Shown here piece by piece: positions 1-9,895 of a DNA stretch of 64,000 nt (position 1 is the stretch's first letter; each line of letters starts with the position of its first letter). The position numbers were made by a program, and so were the translations under genes. The notes below the pieces were generated by a model. The model was not told the DNA's origin, made no database searches, and saw only the letters and a list, made by a program, of their open reading frames with translations. This stretch comes from Leminorella grimontii ATCC 33999 = DSM 5078 (lineage in GTDB: Bacteria; Pseudomonadota; Gammaproteobacteria; Enterobacterales; Enterobacteriaceae), in the NCBI RefSeq assembly GCF_000439085.1, contig NZ_AUUA01000004.1, forward strand, positions 180,773 to 244,772. The letters run 5' to 3'.

Positions 1-1840
1 CGTCATCGTTTTGGTTGTCGTCGTAGCCGGAATGAGCGCGCTGGTTCTACTGGTCGATCCCAATGATTTTCGCAGCTACATGGTGAAAAAGGTTGAGGAC
101 AAGACGGGATACCACCTGAAGGTTGAAGGCGACCTTCGCTGGCACGTTTGGCCCCAACTCAGCATTTTGGCCGGACAGATGTCGTTGACCGCGCCGGGCG
201 CCGATTCACCGATTGTGAGCGCCGAGAATATGCGTCTGGACGTTGAGCTTATGCCGCTGTTTTCACATCAGCTGGTGGTAAAAAACGTCACGCTGAAAGG
301 CGGCGTTATTCAGCTTCTGCCGCAAACGCAGGCGCAGACGGCAGAAAGCGCGCCGATTGCGCCGCCGGATGCAACGCAGGGGAAGGGCGTACCGGAGAAC
401 GGCAGCGCAGGCTCTCGGTGGGCGTTAGAACTTAATCAGGTGAAAATCTCTGACAGCATTCTGGTTTGGCAGCGAAGCGAAAATGACACGGTGACCGTGC
501 GCGATATCAATATGACGCTGGAAAGAACCGATGACAGGGCCGCCGATCTTAACGTTAGCGCAAGGATTAATCGCGATCAGCGTGAGCTGGGTTTTTCTAT
601 GGACGGCGGTTTGAACCTTGTGGATTTCCCCCAGTCTTTAGCGGTGAATATCAGTAAGTTTGACTATCAGCTTCAGGGGGCGGGGATGCCCCAAAGCGGC
701 ATTAAGGGCGAAGGCGCTTTTGAGGCCGTTTATCAGCGTTCGCCTCAGTCCGTTCACATTGCGCCGCTATCGCTGACGGTAAACGACAGCCAGATTACGG
801 CAGACCTCTCGGCGACGTTGGGAGAGACGCCGCATTATGCGCTGAAGGCAAACTCGGAAAGTTTGGATCTGGATGCGCTATTTTCGAACTCATTGGATAA
901 TAACGGTGGATCGGCGGTAAAAAATGAGACGCCGCGCCCGGTAACTTCTTCGGCGAACGGGCTTTCTGATGCGCTTGATTTGAGCGTGTTGAAGAGTTTT
1001 GACGCCACGCTTGAGCTTTCCGTGGGTTCTTTGACCTATCATAAAATCCCCCTGAGCGGGGTAAGCCTGAAAGCGGTGAATAAAGACGGCGTATTGACGC
1101 TGGAAAACGCGACGGCGAAGGCTTTCAGCGGTGAGTTCGACGCCAAGGGCAGCGTTGACGGCACGAAGGCGCAGCCGACGATAGCCTTGGCCCCTCAGAT
1201 TAAGCACATTCAGCTGGGAGAGTTGCTGAAAACGCTGGGCTATCCGCAAACCATGACCGGGCAGTTGACGATGCAGGGAAACTTTAACAGCGTCGGCTCT
1301 GAGCTTACCAGCCTGGAGAACGGGTGGCGCGGAAGCGCCCATCTGGTGGTTGACGGAGCACGGCTGCACGGCCTGAACATTCAGCAGCTCATTCAGCAGG
1401 CCGTGACGAGAAGCAATAAGGACGTGAAGGGGATGGACAACTACGAGCGCTATACCGAGGTACAGCGGCTGGTTGTCGATACCGTGCTTAATCAGGGGCA
1501 GGTGAAAGTCACCCGCCTTAACGGTGCGTCTGAACTGTTAACCGTCGCCGGTACGGGAACGCTGACCCTGCCGAAGCAGTACTGCGACATGAACTTGAAT
1601 ATTCGAGTGACGAAAGGCTGGGGCGGCAAGTCGGAGGTTGTGAACATCCTGCAGAAGACCACAATCCCGCTTCGTATATACGGGCCGTGGAGCAAGCTTA
1701 GCTACCAGCTTAACGTCGATCAGATACTGCGAGACCAGTTAAAGAGTCAGCTTGGGCAAGCGCTCGACAAGTGGCTTGATAAGAACAAGGACAAGCAGGA
1801 AAGTAAAGACGCGAAAAAGCTGCTGGAAAAGCTCTTATAA
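1..1840 (+). CDS. asmA: outer membrane assembly protein AsmA (5' partial, N-terminus left of window)
   Basis: The ORF is open to the window edge. The sequence VVVVAGMSALVLLVDPNDFRSYMVKKVEDKTGYHLKVEGDLRWHVWPQLSILAG aligns to E. coli AsmA from about residue 9. It has a lysine-rich C-terminus. yegH follows, as in E. coli. Confidence 0.85.
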   Translation, partial: VIVLVVVVAGMSALVLLVDPNDFRSYMVKKVEDKTGYHLKVEGDLRWHVWPQLSILAGQMSLTAPGADSPIVSAENMRLDVELMPLFSHQLVVKNVTLKGGVIQLLPQTQAQTAESAPIAPPDATQGKGVPENGSAGSRWALELNQVKISDSILVWQRSENDTVTVRDINMTLERTDDRAADLNVSARINRDQRELGFSMDGGLNLVDFPQSLAVNISKFDYQLQGAGMPQSGIKGEGAFEAVYQRSPQSVHIAPLSLTVNDSQITADLSATLGETPHYALKANSESLDLDALFSNSLDNNGGSAVKNETPRPVTSSANGLSDALDLSVLKSFDATLELSVGSLTYHKIPLSGVSLKAVNKDGVLTLENATAKAFSGEFDAKGSVDGTKAQPTIALAPQIKHIQLGELLKTLGYPQTMTGQLTMQGNFNSVGSELTSLENGWRGSAHLVVDGARLHGLNIQQLIQQAVTRSNKDVKGMDNYERYTEVQRLVVDTVLNQGQVKVTRLNGASELLTVAGTGTLTLPKQYCDMNLNIRVTKGWGGKSEVVNILQKTTIPLRIYGPWSKLSYQLNVDQILRDQLKSQLGQALDKWLDKNKDKQESKDAKKLLEKLL

Positions 1841-1901
1841 TCGACAGATAGTTAAAAACGGAAAGAGGCGCTTCATGCGCCTCTTTCTGTTTGAGGAGGA
1901 A

Positions 1902-3488
1902 TTATTCCTCCTCGGGTTCAGGCTCAATCAGCGACGTAATGCGCACCTTCTGGATACGGTGGCTGCTGACTTCCAGCGGTTCGTACATCCAGTCTCCGAT
2001 CTTGATTTGCTCACCCACTTCAGGAATACGCTGCGCGTGTTCCATCAGCAGGCCGGCGATGGTGTGGTAGTCGCGCTTTTCCTCAATCTCTATCGGAATA
2101 TAGATAGTCAGGTCTTCCAGCGGCATATAGCCATTAACTATCCAACTGCCGTCGGCCTCGTGCTGAATGTCGTGGCGGGCGTCCAGATTTTCGCCGTGTA
2201 CCGGCAGGTTTCCCGCGATGGTTTCCATCACGTCGGTGAGAGTAACGATCCCTTCGACAGAACCAAACTCATCGACAACGAACGCGAAGTGCGTTTGCGC
2301 TTGACGAAACTGTTCCAGCGCCATGAGCAGAGAAACGGTTTCCGGGAAGATCAGCGGTTGCTTAATCAGCGCGCGAATGTCCAGCGTTGGCTCAGACAGC
2401 TGCTGCTTTAGCAGGTCGTTGACGTGTATCACGCCTAGCGGTTCGTCCGCGGCGCCGTCTTCTGTCACTACCATGCGCGTATGCTGGTTGCGATGCAGCG
2501 TTTCGCGGATAGCTTCTTCCGGTTCGCTCAGATCCAGATCTTCGATGTCGTGGCGGGAAGTCATGATGCTTCCCACCGAACGCTGCGCCAGCCCCAGAAC
2601 GCGCTCTATCATGTGGCGTTCCTGGCGGTTAAATATTTCGTCGCTGTCGCCCTTGTGGCTGTCGGCTATCAGATTTGCCGAATGGCTGTCCAGCTCTGCG
2701 TCTTCGTGCTTACCGCTGAGCATGCGAAGCACCGCTTCTGCCGTGCGCTGGCGAAGAGGCCTGCTGGAGGAAAGGTACTTACGGCGGTTGGCCAGAGAAA
2801 GCTGGTTAAACACTTCAATAAGGATTGAAAAGCCGATAGCGGCGTACAGATAGCCTTTAGGAATGTGGAAGCCGAAGCCGTCGGCGACCAGGCTGAAGCC
2901 GATCATCAACAGGAAGCTTAAGCACAGGATCACGATCGTCGGATGTGCGTTCACAAAGCGCGTCAGCGGCTTACTGGCCATCAGCATCAGCGCCATGGCG
3001 ATACAGACGGCAATCATCATGACCGCTAGGTGATCGACCATCCCTACTGCGGTAATGACCGAGTCGAGGGAGAACACTGCGTCCAGCACGACGATTTGGG
3101 CGACGACCGCCCAGAACTTGGCGCCTTTATGGGCCGTAGTATCCTCATGGTCTTTGCCTTCCAGCTGTTCATTAAGCTCCATGGTGGCTTTAAACAGCAG
3201 GAACAGGCCGCCCACCAACATAATGAGGTCCCGACCGCTGAAAGGATGGTCGAACACTCTGAATAGAGGGGCCGTTAAGGTCGACAGCCAGGATATGCTG
3301 GCTAACAGAACCAAACGCATCAGCAGCGCCAGAGCAAGTCCGACGACGCGTGCGCGATCGCGTTGGTGTTTGGGAAGCTTGTCCGCCAGAATGGCGATGA
3401 AGACCAGGTTATCTATACCAAGAACGATTTCAAGGACGACCAGCGTTGCCAGGCCGGCCCAAATAGTTGGATCAGCGATCCATTCCAT
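1902..3488 (-). CDS. yegH: TerC/CBS/CorC_HlyC inner membrane protein YegH
   Basis: 528 aa. The N-terminus [13 protein letters not shown]...[11 protein letters not shown] is nearly identical to E. coli YegH. CBS pair and CorC_HlyC C-terminal motifs are present. Confidence 0.9.
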   Translation of the reverse strand: MEWIADPTIWAGLATLVVLEIVLGIDNLVFIAILADKLPKHQRDRARVVGLALALLMRLVLLASISWLSTLTAPLFRVFDHPFSGRDLIMLVGGLFLLFKATMELNEQLEGKDHEDTTAHKGAKFWAVVAQIVVLDAVFSLDSVITAVGMVDHLAVMMIAVCIAMALMLMASKPLTRFVNAHPTIVILCLSFLLMIGFSLVADGFGFHIPKGYLYAAIGFSILIEVFNQLSLANRRKYLSSSRPLRQRTAEAVLRMLSGKHEDAELDSHSANLIADSHKGDSDEIFNRQERHMIERVLGLAQRSVGSIMTSRHDIEDLDLSEPEEAIRETLHRNQHTRMVVTEDGAADEPLGVIHVNDLLKQQLSEPTLDIRALIKQPLIFPETVSLLMALEQFRQAQTHFAFVVDEFGSVEGIVTLTDVMETIAGNLPVHGENLDARHDIQHEADGSWIVNGYMPLEDLTIYIPIEIEEKRDYHTIAGLLMEHAQRIPEVGEQIKIGDWMYEPLEVSSHRIQKVRITSLIEPEPEEE

Positions 3489-3849
3489 AAGTCAGGTGGT
3501 TACCTTCATGTAAAACAGCACGTGCTGCCCTTTCATTGTAGGGGCTAAACCGCATCGCGACAATCTTTTCTCTTATTGTTAACGATATTGACAGTGAAAC
3601 TGACCAACATGGCTGATTTATTCTTATGAATACCAAATAACCATCTAAGGAAGTGGGGTGTCACAATATAAGCTTTTGTGAGTGGCGTGAAGAATGCGCA
3701 GCCGCAAAAAATAAAATGTCATCGGCGACAATTTCTCTGATAGCCATTTCTAACTTACCAATTACGGTATTGGTAAGTTATGATAACTTTATCTTTATAT
3801 ATTGTTCACGGTTATGCCCGTGAGTCTCCCCTGTCAGTGAGGTGTTTAT

Positions 3850-5256
3850 ATGTCTAAGCAGCAAATTGGTGTCGTTGGCATGGCGGTAATGGGCCGCAAT
3901 TTGGCGTTGAATATTGAAAGCCGCGGCTATTCCGTTTCTATTTTTAACCGCTCGGCGGATAAAACCGACGAAGTCATTGCTGAAAACCCGGGAAAGAAGC
4001 TGGTTCCCTGCTATAGCGTAGAAGAATTCGTTAACTCACTGGAAAAGCCGCGCCGCATTCTGCTGATGGTGAAGGCGGGCGTTGCCACCGATAAGACTAT
4101 CGAGTCTCTCAAGCCTTATCTGGATAAGGGCGATATTCTTATCGACGGCGGTAACACCTACTTCGAAGACACCATTCGCCGTAATAAAGAACTTTCTGCC
4201 GAAGGCTTTAACTTTATCGGTACCGGCGTTTCAGGCGGTGAAGAGGGCGCGCTGAAAGGGCCTTCCATTATGCCCGGCGGGCAAAAGGAAGCCTACCAGC
4301 TGGTGGCGCCGATCCTTGAGAAAATTGCCGCCCGCGCCAACGGCGAGCCCTGCATTACCTATATCGGTGCAGACGGCGCCGGCCACTACGTGAAAATGGT
4401 TCACAACGGCATTGAATACGGCGATATGCAGCTGATTGCCGAAGCCTATTCTCTGCTTAAGCAGGCGGTTGGCCTGACGAACGACGAGCTGGCCGATACC
4501 TTCTCGGAGTGGAACAAGGGAGAATTGGACAGCTATCTTATCGAGATCACGGCGGACATCTTCCGTAAGAAGGACGAAAGCGGTCAGTATCTGGTTGACG
4601 TGATCCTGGACGAAGCGGCCCAGAAGGGAACGGGGAAGTGGACCAGCCAGAGTTCGCTCGATCTTGGCGTTCCGCTTTCGCTGATTACGGAGTCGGTGTT
4701 TGCCCGCTTCCTGTCTGCGCTGAAAAACGAACGCGTAGCGGCGTCAAAAGTGCTAAGCGGCCCGGCACCGGTGGCGTTTAGCGGCGATAAGGCCGAGTTC
4801 ATCGAGAAAGTGCGCAGGGCGCTCTATTTGGGGAAAATTGTTTCTTATGCGCAGGGCTTTGCTCAGCTGAAGTCGGCTTCCGATGAGTACCAGTGGAGTT
4901 TGAACTACGGTGAGATTGCCAAGATTTTCCGAGCTGGCTGTATCATCCGCGCCCAGTTCCTGCAAAAAATTACCGATGCTTACGCTGAGAATGGCGATAT
5001 CGCCAACCTGCTTCTGGCCAGCTACTTCAAGAAGACCGCCGATGAGTATCAGCAGGCGCTGCGCGACGTTGTCGCCTATGCCGTTTTGCACGGCATTCCT
5101 ACGCCAACACTTTCAGCGGCGATCGCCTACTATGACAGCTACCGTGCGGCGGTGTTACCGGCTAACCTGATCCAGGCACAGCGCGACTACTTTGGCGCAC
5201 ATACCTATAAACGTACCGATAAAGAGGGTGTTTTCCATACGGAATGGATGGAATAA
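3850..5256 (+). CDS. gnd: 6-phosphogluconate dehydrogenase, decarboxylating
   Basis: 468 aa. [27 protein letters not shown] is the NAD(P)-binding N-terminus. Full-length collinear match to Gnd. A terminator follows at 5273-5298. Confidence 0.97.
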   Translation: MSKQQIGVVGMAVMGRNLALNIESRGYSVSIFNRSADKTDEVIAENPGKKLVPCYSVEEFVNSLEKPRRILLMVKAGVATDKTIESLKPYLDKGDILIDGGNTYFEDTIRRNKELSAEGFNFIGTGVSGGEEGALKGPSIMPGGQKEAYQLVAPILEKIAARANGEPCITYIGADGAGHYVKMVHNGIEYGDMQLIAEAYSLLKQAVGLTNDELADTFSEWNKGELDSYLIEITADIFRKKDESGQYLVDVILDEAAQKGTGKWTSQSSLDLGVPLSLITESVFARFLSALKNERVAASKVLSGPAPVAFSGDKAEFIEKVRRALYLGKIVSYAQGFAQLKSASDEYQWSLNYGEIAKIFRAGCIIRAQFLQKITDAYAENGDIANLLLASYFKKTADEYQQALRDVVAYAVLHGIPTPTLSAAIAYYDSYRAAVLPANLIQAQRDYFGAHTYKRTDKEGVFHTEWME

Positions 5257-5272
5257 CACCGTCAACGTTATA

Positions 5273-5298
5273 AAAAATCCGGCCTGGCCGGATTTTTT
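5273..5298 (+). terminator. intrinsic terminator downstream of gnd
   Basis: Hairpin atccgg-cctgg-ccggat followed by a TTTTTT run. Confidence 0.7.
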
Positions 5299-5404
5299 GC
5301 CTATAGTGACAAAAGAGAAATTCTTTTCAGTGGCGGTTTGCAGGTGAGTTACGTACTATCAGACAAATCACCATTGATTAATTGTTTATGACCAGTAAGG
5401 GGAT

Positions 5405-5723
5405 CATGATGGAAAACGCGAAGCCTTCCTTCCAGAACGTGCTGGAATACGTACGCCTGTCTCGCCGCAAAAATAAGCTTAAGCGCGAAATTGTGGATAA
5501 TGAGAAAAAAATTCGCGATAACCAGAAGCGCGTTTTGCTGTTAGAAAACTTGAGCGATTACATCAAGCCCGGAATGAGCATTGAAGACATTCAGGCTATT
5601 ATCGCTAACATGAAGAGCGACTATGAGGAGCGCGTTGATGAATACATCATTAAGAACGCGGAGCTCTCTAAAGAAAGGCGCGATCTGTCTCAAAAAATGA
5701 AGTCTATGTCTGAAGTGAAGTAG
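5405..5723 (+). CDS. yeeX: DUF496 family protein YeeX
   Basis: [28 protein letters not shown]...[18 protein letters not shown] is collinear with E. coli YeeX (about 109 aa). The true start is the ATG at 5405 or 5408, not 5382. Confidence 0.85.
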
Positions 5724-5742
5724 CGCTGAAGGCCTAAAACGT

Positions 5743-5780
5743 AAAAATCCGCCGCGTAGTCGCTACGGGCGGATTTTTTT
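5743..5780. terminator. bidirectional intrinsic terminator between convergent yeeX and ptsG-like gene
   Basis: A-run, then stem atccgcc...ggcggat with an internal cgtag/ctacg extension, then a T-run. Confidence 0.7.
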
Positions 5781-5797
5781 ATGCCTGAAATCAGGCG

Positions 5798-7258
5798 TTA
5801 ATGGGTTCGGATATATTCATCCATATCGCTTTTCAGGTTGTCAGACTTGGTGCCAAAGATGGCCTGAACGCCAGAGCCTGCAACGACAACGCCGGCCGCG
5901 CCCAGCTTCTTCAGCCCGTCCTTGTCGACTTTTTCTATATCAGCGACGCCGATGCGTAAACGGGTGATACAGGCGTCCAGATTCGTGATGTTGTCTTTCC
6001 CTCCAAACGCTGCAACCAGCGCGGCAGCCATGTCTGAACTTGAAGCGGCTACGCTTTTTTCCGTCGTTTCCACTTCTCTTCCCGGCGTTTTCAGGTTCAG
6101 CTTAACGATGGCGAAGCGGAATACGACGTAGTAGAACAGCGCGTAAAGCGGGCCGAGGATGAAGAACATCCAGCCTTTGGTGGAAAGGTGGTAAAGCAGC
6201 ATAAAGTCGATGGCGCCGTGAGAGAACGTCATGCCGTGCTTCACACCCAGCAGTATGGTTATTACATAGGCAAGCCCGGCCAGGATGGCGTGGATTGCGT
6301 ACAGCACGGGCGCAACGAACAGGAAGGCAAATTCGATAGGCTCAGTAATACCGGTTAAGAAGGAGGTCAGCGCGGCAGAGATCATGATGCCGCCTATTTT
6401 TGCGCGGTTCTCTGGGCGAGCGGTGTGCCACATGGCGATGGCGGCAGCGGGAAGTCCCCACATTTTAAACAGATATCCGCCTGCCATGTTTCCAGCCGTC
6501 GGATCGCCCTGGAGGTAGCGTTGAATTTCACCGGTGATCCAACGTCCGCCTTCTGCCGTACAGGCGGCTTCGTTAGCGATACCGGAGACAATCTTACCGT
6601 TTACGATACAGGCCTGACCCGCTTCATAGAAGAAGGGGACGTTCCATATGTGGTGTAAGCCGAAGGGAATTAACGAACGTTCCACTACGCCGTAAATACC
6701 AAAGGCTAACGCCGGGTTTTGGTAAGCGGCCCACTGGGAGAAGGCGTTAATAGCGCCGCCGACCGGAGGCCAAATAAATGAAAGAACGATGCCCAGTGCG
6801 ATACAGGTAAAGCCGGTAATGATAGGCACGAAGCGCTTGCCGGCGAAGAAGCCGAGGTAGTCCGGCAATTGAATGCGGTAGAAGCGGTTAAACAGATAAC
6901 CCGCCAGGCCGCCGACCAGAATACCGCCCAACACTCCGGTATCTATTTTGGGAACGCCCAGCGCTTCCGCCATAACTTTAAGCGTGGCCGCCATAATGCC
7001 GTAGCCAACGATAGAGGCCAGGCCGGCGACACCGTCGTTGTTGGTGAAGCCCAGCGCGACGCCGACGGCGAACAGCAGGGGCATTTGGTCAAAAATGGAG
7101 CCGCCTGCCTGAGCCATAACTTTTGATACGACGGCGGGAAGCCAGCTAAATTCCGCGCTGCCGACGCCGAGCAGGATACCGGCGATGGGCAACACAGAGA
7201 CCGGAAGCATCAACGCTTTACCGACCTTTTGTAGACTTGCAAAGAGATTTTTGAACAT
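5798..7258 (-). CDS. ptsG: PTS glucose-specific EIICB component (PtsG-type)
   Basis: [35 protein letters not shown] is near-identical to the E. coli PtsG N-terminus. Collinear through the EIIB domain ([10 protein letters not shown]...[13 protein letters not shown]). Start is the ATG at 7258. The 23-codon upstream extension in the ORF track is rejected. Confidence 0.9.
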   Translation of the reverse strand: MFKNLFASLQKVGKALMLPVSVLPIAGILLGVGSAEFSWLPAVVSKVMAQAGGSIFDQMPLLFAVGVALGFTNNDGVAGLASIVGYGIMAATLKVMAEALGVPKIDTGVLGGILVGGLAGYLFNRFYRIQLPDYLGFFAGKRFVPIITGFTCIALGIVLSFIWPPVGGAINAFSQWAAYQNPALAFGIYGVVERSLIPFGLHHIWNVPFFYEAGQACIVNGKIVSGIANEAACTAEGGRWITGEIQRYLQGDPTAGNMAGGYLFKMWGLPAAAIAMWHTARPENRAKIGGIMISAALTSFLTGITEPIEFAFLFVAPVLYAIHAILAGLAYVITILLGVKHGMTFSHGAIDFMLLYHLSTKGWMFFILGPLYALFYYVVFRFAIVKLNLKTPGREVETTEKSVAASSSDMAAALVAAFGGKDNITNLDACITRLRIGVADIEKVDKDGLKKLGAAGVVVAGSGVQAIFGTKSDNLKSDMDEYIRTH

Positions 7259-7349
7259 AAATGTGCCTTTGATGACGATGTTATATAAGTAGAAAAATAA
7301 CCTTTCTATGCATAGATGATTCGGAATCAATTAATAAAATTTTTTATAA

Positions 7350-7365
7350 AGTGATGACGATCACG
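7350..7365. promoter_or_regulatory. putative CRP binding site in ptsG promoter region
   Basis: aGTGAtgacgaTCACg matches TGTGA-N6-TCACA with one mismatch per half-site. It lies about 95 bp upstream of the ptsG start codon. E. coli ptsG is CRP-activated. Confidence 0.4.
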
Positions 7366-7683
7366 GCATTAAAATGAAGCAATAATTATAAGTATTAGAT
7401 CTCTTTTTTGTTGTCCTCGTTTAAGTACTTCCTTTATAAAGCTAATTATTTTAAATAAGTATAGTTGCCTTTTTTATCATTGCTAAAAAAGTCGATGTAA
7501 AAAATGATCCACTATCGATGAATTTTGTTTCTATTTATTAAAATCAATATGTTATGTTTTTTCTCGTTAGACGGTTCAATAGAGGTAAAATGGTTTTTCG
7601 CTCCTGCAATAATGTAAGCGTGGGGGAAGTTGTTGTTTATTTTACTATCTTATTTTTTTGTGTTTTTAATATAAAAAGAGTAT

Positions 7684-8178
7684 TGACAAACTTTAATAAA
7701 GAGCTAAATTTATAAACAACGCAGGCGCTATTAGCCTAACGGTTAAATAAAACGTTTGCGTTGTGAATGCGCGATAAAGGCCTTGTAGTTAACCAATGTT
7801 AATTGTGAAAGAGGATGCGGGCATCGTTCAACTGTAGTCACGTTTGGGAACCGCATCGGAAGTCGGGTCGCGTAGTTGAAGTACGATCGCGCTGCTGGGA
7901 ACGAAAGGGGGATACGCGGGTTTGTATCAACCGTTGTATCAAGTGATGTTGTGAGACGGCTAAACATGATGAATATGCCGCTCGACCTGTTTAGATGTGA
8001 AGAAAAAAGGCGTTTTGGTTAATAAATCGGAGGGTTTTTTACTACAACAGCTTAATTTCTCGCTTACAAAACAAGTGCATCTAACTGCTACTGTTTTAGT
8101 CCACTAACTTAATACATGTTTAACTTATTATCGGTTCGACCTTAAAGCCCTGGCGCAACGTCAGGGCTTTTTGGTTTT
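7684..8178 (+). ncRNA. candidate small RNA / structured leader ending in intrinsic terminator upstream of fetA
   Basis: Sigma70-like -35 ttgaca at 7684 with a -10-like taaatt 17 bp downstream. GC-richer segment 7790-8040 has several complementary stretches, for example gatgcgg/ccgcatc. No ORF of 60 aa or more on this strand. Terminator at 8143-8178: stem agccctg / cagggct, then TTTTTggTTTT. Confidence 0.35.
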
Positions 8179-8296
8179 ATGCGATAAGCGAAGTAAAGAT
8201 TGAACTAACGCATTAATCGGTAAGAATGTTCCCATAAGTTAAGCAAAGGCCGTTAAACTACCCGTGCGTGATAACGTTACATACAGTAGGAACGGC

Positions 8297-8974
8297 ATGA
8301 AAGAAAACAGTGAGCTATTGCGGCTGGAAAACGTCGGCTATCGAACCGACGAAACGACTATTCTAAAAGGCGTCGGATTTAGCCTTAATCCTGGCGAATT
8401 TAAGCTGATCACCGGGCCATCGGGCTGTGGGAAAAGTACGCTACTTAAAATAATTGCCTCATTGATAAGCCCAACTGAAGGGAACATTCTCTTTGAGGGA
8501 CAGGATATTAATGAGCTGTCGCCGGAGGCCTATCGCCAAAAGGTATCTTACTGCTCTCAAACTCCTTCGCTTTTTGGGAACACCGTCTACGACAATTTAG
8601 CCTTTCCTTATCTCATTCGTAAAGCCGAGCCGGACAGAAAAAAGCTGGCGGCGGACCTTAAGCGATTTTTCCTTCCTGAAAGCTTTCTTGATAAAGGCGT
8701 TAATGAGCTTTCCGGCGGAGAGAAGCAGCGCGTTTCTTTGATCCGCAACTTACAATTTTTGCCTAACGTACTGCTGCTGGACGAAATTACCAGCGCGTTG
8801 GATGAAGACAACAAGCGCAACGTGAATGACATTATCCATGACTATGTTCACAACGAGAATATGGCCGCGCTGTGGGTTACTCATGACAGAGGAGAGATCC
8901 AACATGTAGATGATGCGATCGTCCTGACGGCGCGCGCTGGAAATGTGCAGGAGGTGAAGCATGAGCCAGCATAA
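8297..8974 (+). CDS. fetA: iron export ABC transporter ATP-binding protein FetA (YbbL)
   Basis: Walker A GPSGCGKST, signature LSGGEKQR, Walker B LLLDEITSALD. 225-aa class collinear with YbbL. ATG at 8297. Confidence 0.85.
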   Translation: MKENSELLRLENVGYRTDETTILKGVGFSLNPGEFKLITGPSGCGKSTLLKIIASLISPTEGNILFEGQDINELSPEAYRQKVSYCSQTPSLFGNTVYDNLAFPYLIRKAEPDRKKLAADLKRFFLPESFLDKGVNELSGGEKQRVSLIRNLQFLPNVLLLDEITSALDEDNKRNVNDIIHDYVHNENMAALWVTHDRGEIQHVDDAIVLTARAGNVQEVKHEPA

Positions 8975-9737
8975 TATAACGAACGAGTCCCTTGCGCTGT
9001 CGATGCTGCTGGTGCTGGTAGCCATCCTTATCAGCCATAAAGAAAAGTTGGCGTTGGAAAAGGATATCCTTTGGAGCATTGGCAGGGCGGTAGTACAGCT
9101 GATTATCGTCGGCTACGTGCTGAAGTACATCTTTGAGCTGAATAACGCGGCGTTAACCGTACTTATGGTGCTGTTTATTTGCTTCAATGCGGCCCTTAAT
9201 GCGAAAAAGCGCAGCAGGTATATCGACAGAGCGTTTGCGATCTCTTTTGTCTCTATCACCACCGGGGCGGTGCTGACGCTCGTCGTACTAGTGCTGTCGG
9301 GTTCCATTGAGTTTGTACCTATGCAGGTTATTCCTATCTCCGGCATGATTGCCGGCAACGCGATGGTGGCGGTCGGGCTTTGCTATAACAATCTGGGGCA
9401 GCGCTTTAGCAGCGAGCGCCAACAGATCCAGGAGATGCTGAGCCTGGGCGCAACGCCAAGAATGGCCTCTGACAGGCTTATCAGAGACAGCATCCGAGCG
9501 TCGCTCATTCCTACCGTCGATTCGGCAAAAACAGTCGGCTTAGTCAGCCTGCCGGGGATGATGTCCGGCTTGATATTCGCCGGTATCGATCCGGTGATGG
9601 CGATTAAGTACCAGATTATGGTGACCTTTATGCTGCTTTCAACCGCCAGCCTGTCGACGATCATCGCCTGCTATCTGGGGTATCGGAAGTTTTATAACCA
9701 GAGGCATCAGCTGGTGGTGAGAGAGGTGAAGAAGTAG
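8961..9737 (+). CDS. fetB: iron export ABC transporter permease FetB (YbbM, UPF0014)
   Basis: 258-aa polytopic membrane protein collinear with YbbM. Overlaps the fetA stop by 14 nt, consistent with an operon. Confidence 0.85.
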   Translation: MSQHNITNESLALSMLLVLVAILISHKEKLALEKDILWSIGRAVVQLIIVGYVLKYIFELNNAALTVLMVLFICFNAALNAKKRSRYIDRAFAISFVSITTGAVLTLVVLVLSGSIEFVPMQVIPISGMIAGNAMVAVGLCYNNLGQRFSSERQQIQEMLSLGATPRMASDRLIRDSIRASLIPTVDSAKTVGLVSLPGMMSGLIFAGIDPVMAIKYQIMVTFMLLSTASLSTIIACYLGYRKFYNQRHQLVVREVKK

Positions 9738-9753
9738 GGAACGTAGAAGGTAA

Positions 9754-9777
9754 TACCCGCTTGAAAAGCGGGTTTTT
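9754..9777 (+). terminator. intrinsic terminator after fetB
   Basis: Stem acccgc-ttgaaaa-gcgggt, then TTTTT. Confidence 0.7.
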
Positions 9778-9895
9778 AAATGGAGAATCTTTACCGGAAA
9801 ATGCTTCTGGCCTGCTCACTGTGAAGAGTTAGCCTTGAAGTGGCGAGCTATTCTGCCGAGCCTTTTTGTTAAATAGCCTTTTAAAGGCGGTTTTT

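Noticed and set aside
890-1369. 159-aa antisense ORF inside asmA
   Set aside because: Fully embedded in a strongly supported gene on the opposite strand. Arg-rich, GC-driven frame artefact.
2323-2853. 176-aa and 115-aa plus-strand ORFs inside yegH
   Set aside because: Antisense to a conserved gene. Ser/Arg-rich low-complexity translation.
5798-7330. N-terminal 23-codon extension of ptsG in ORF track (start 7330)
   Set aside because: Homology to PtsG begins exactly at MFKNLF (ATG 7258). The extension lies in AT-rich promoter DNA.
7743-7967. 74-aa minus-strand ORF in ptsG-fetA intergenic region
   Set aside because: No RBS or homology. The region is better explained as structured noncoding RNA or promoter DNA.
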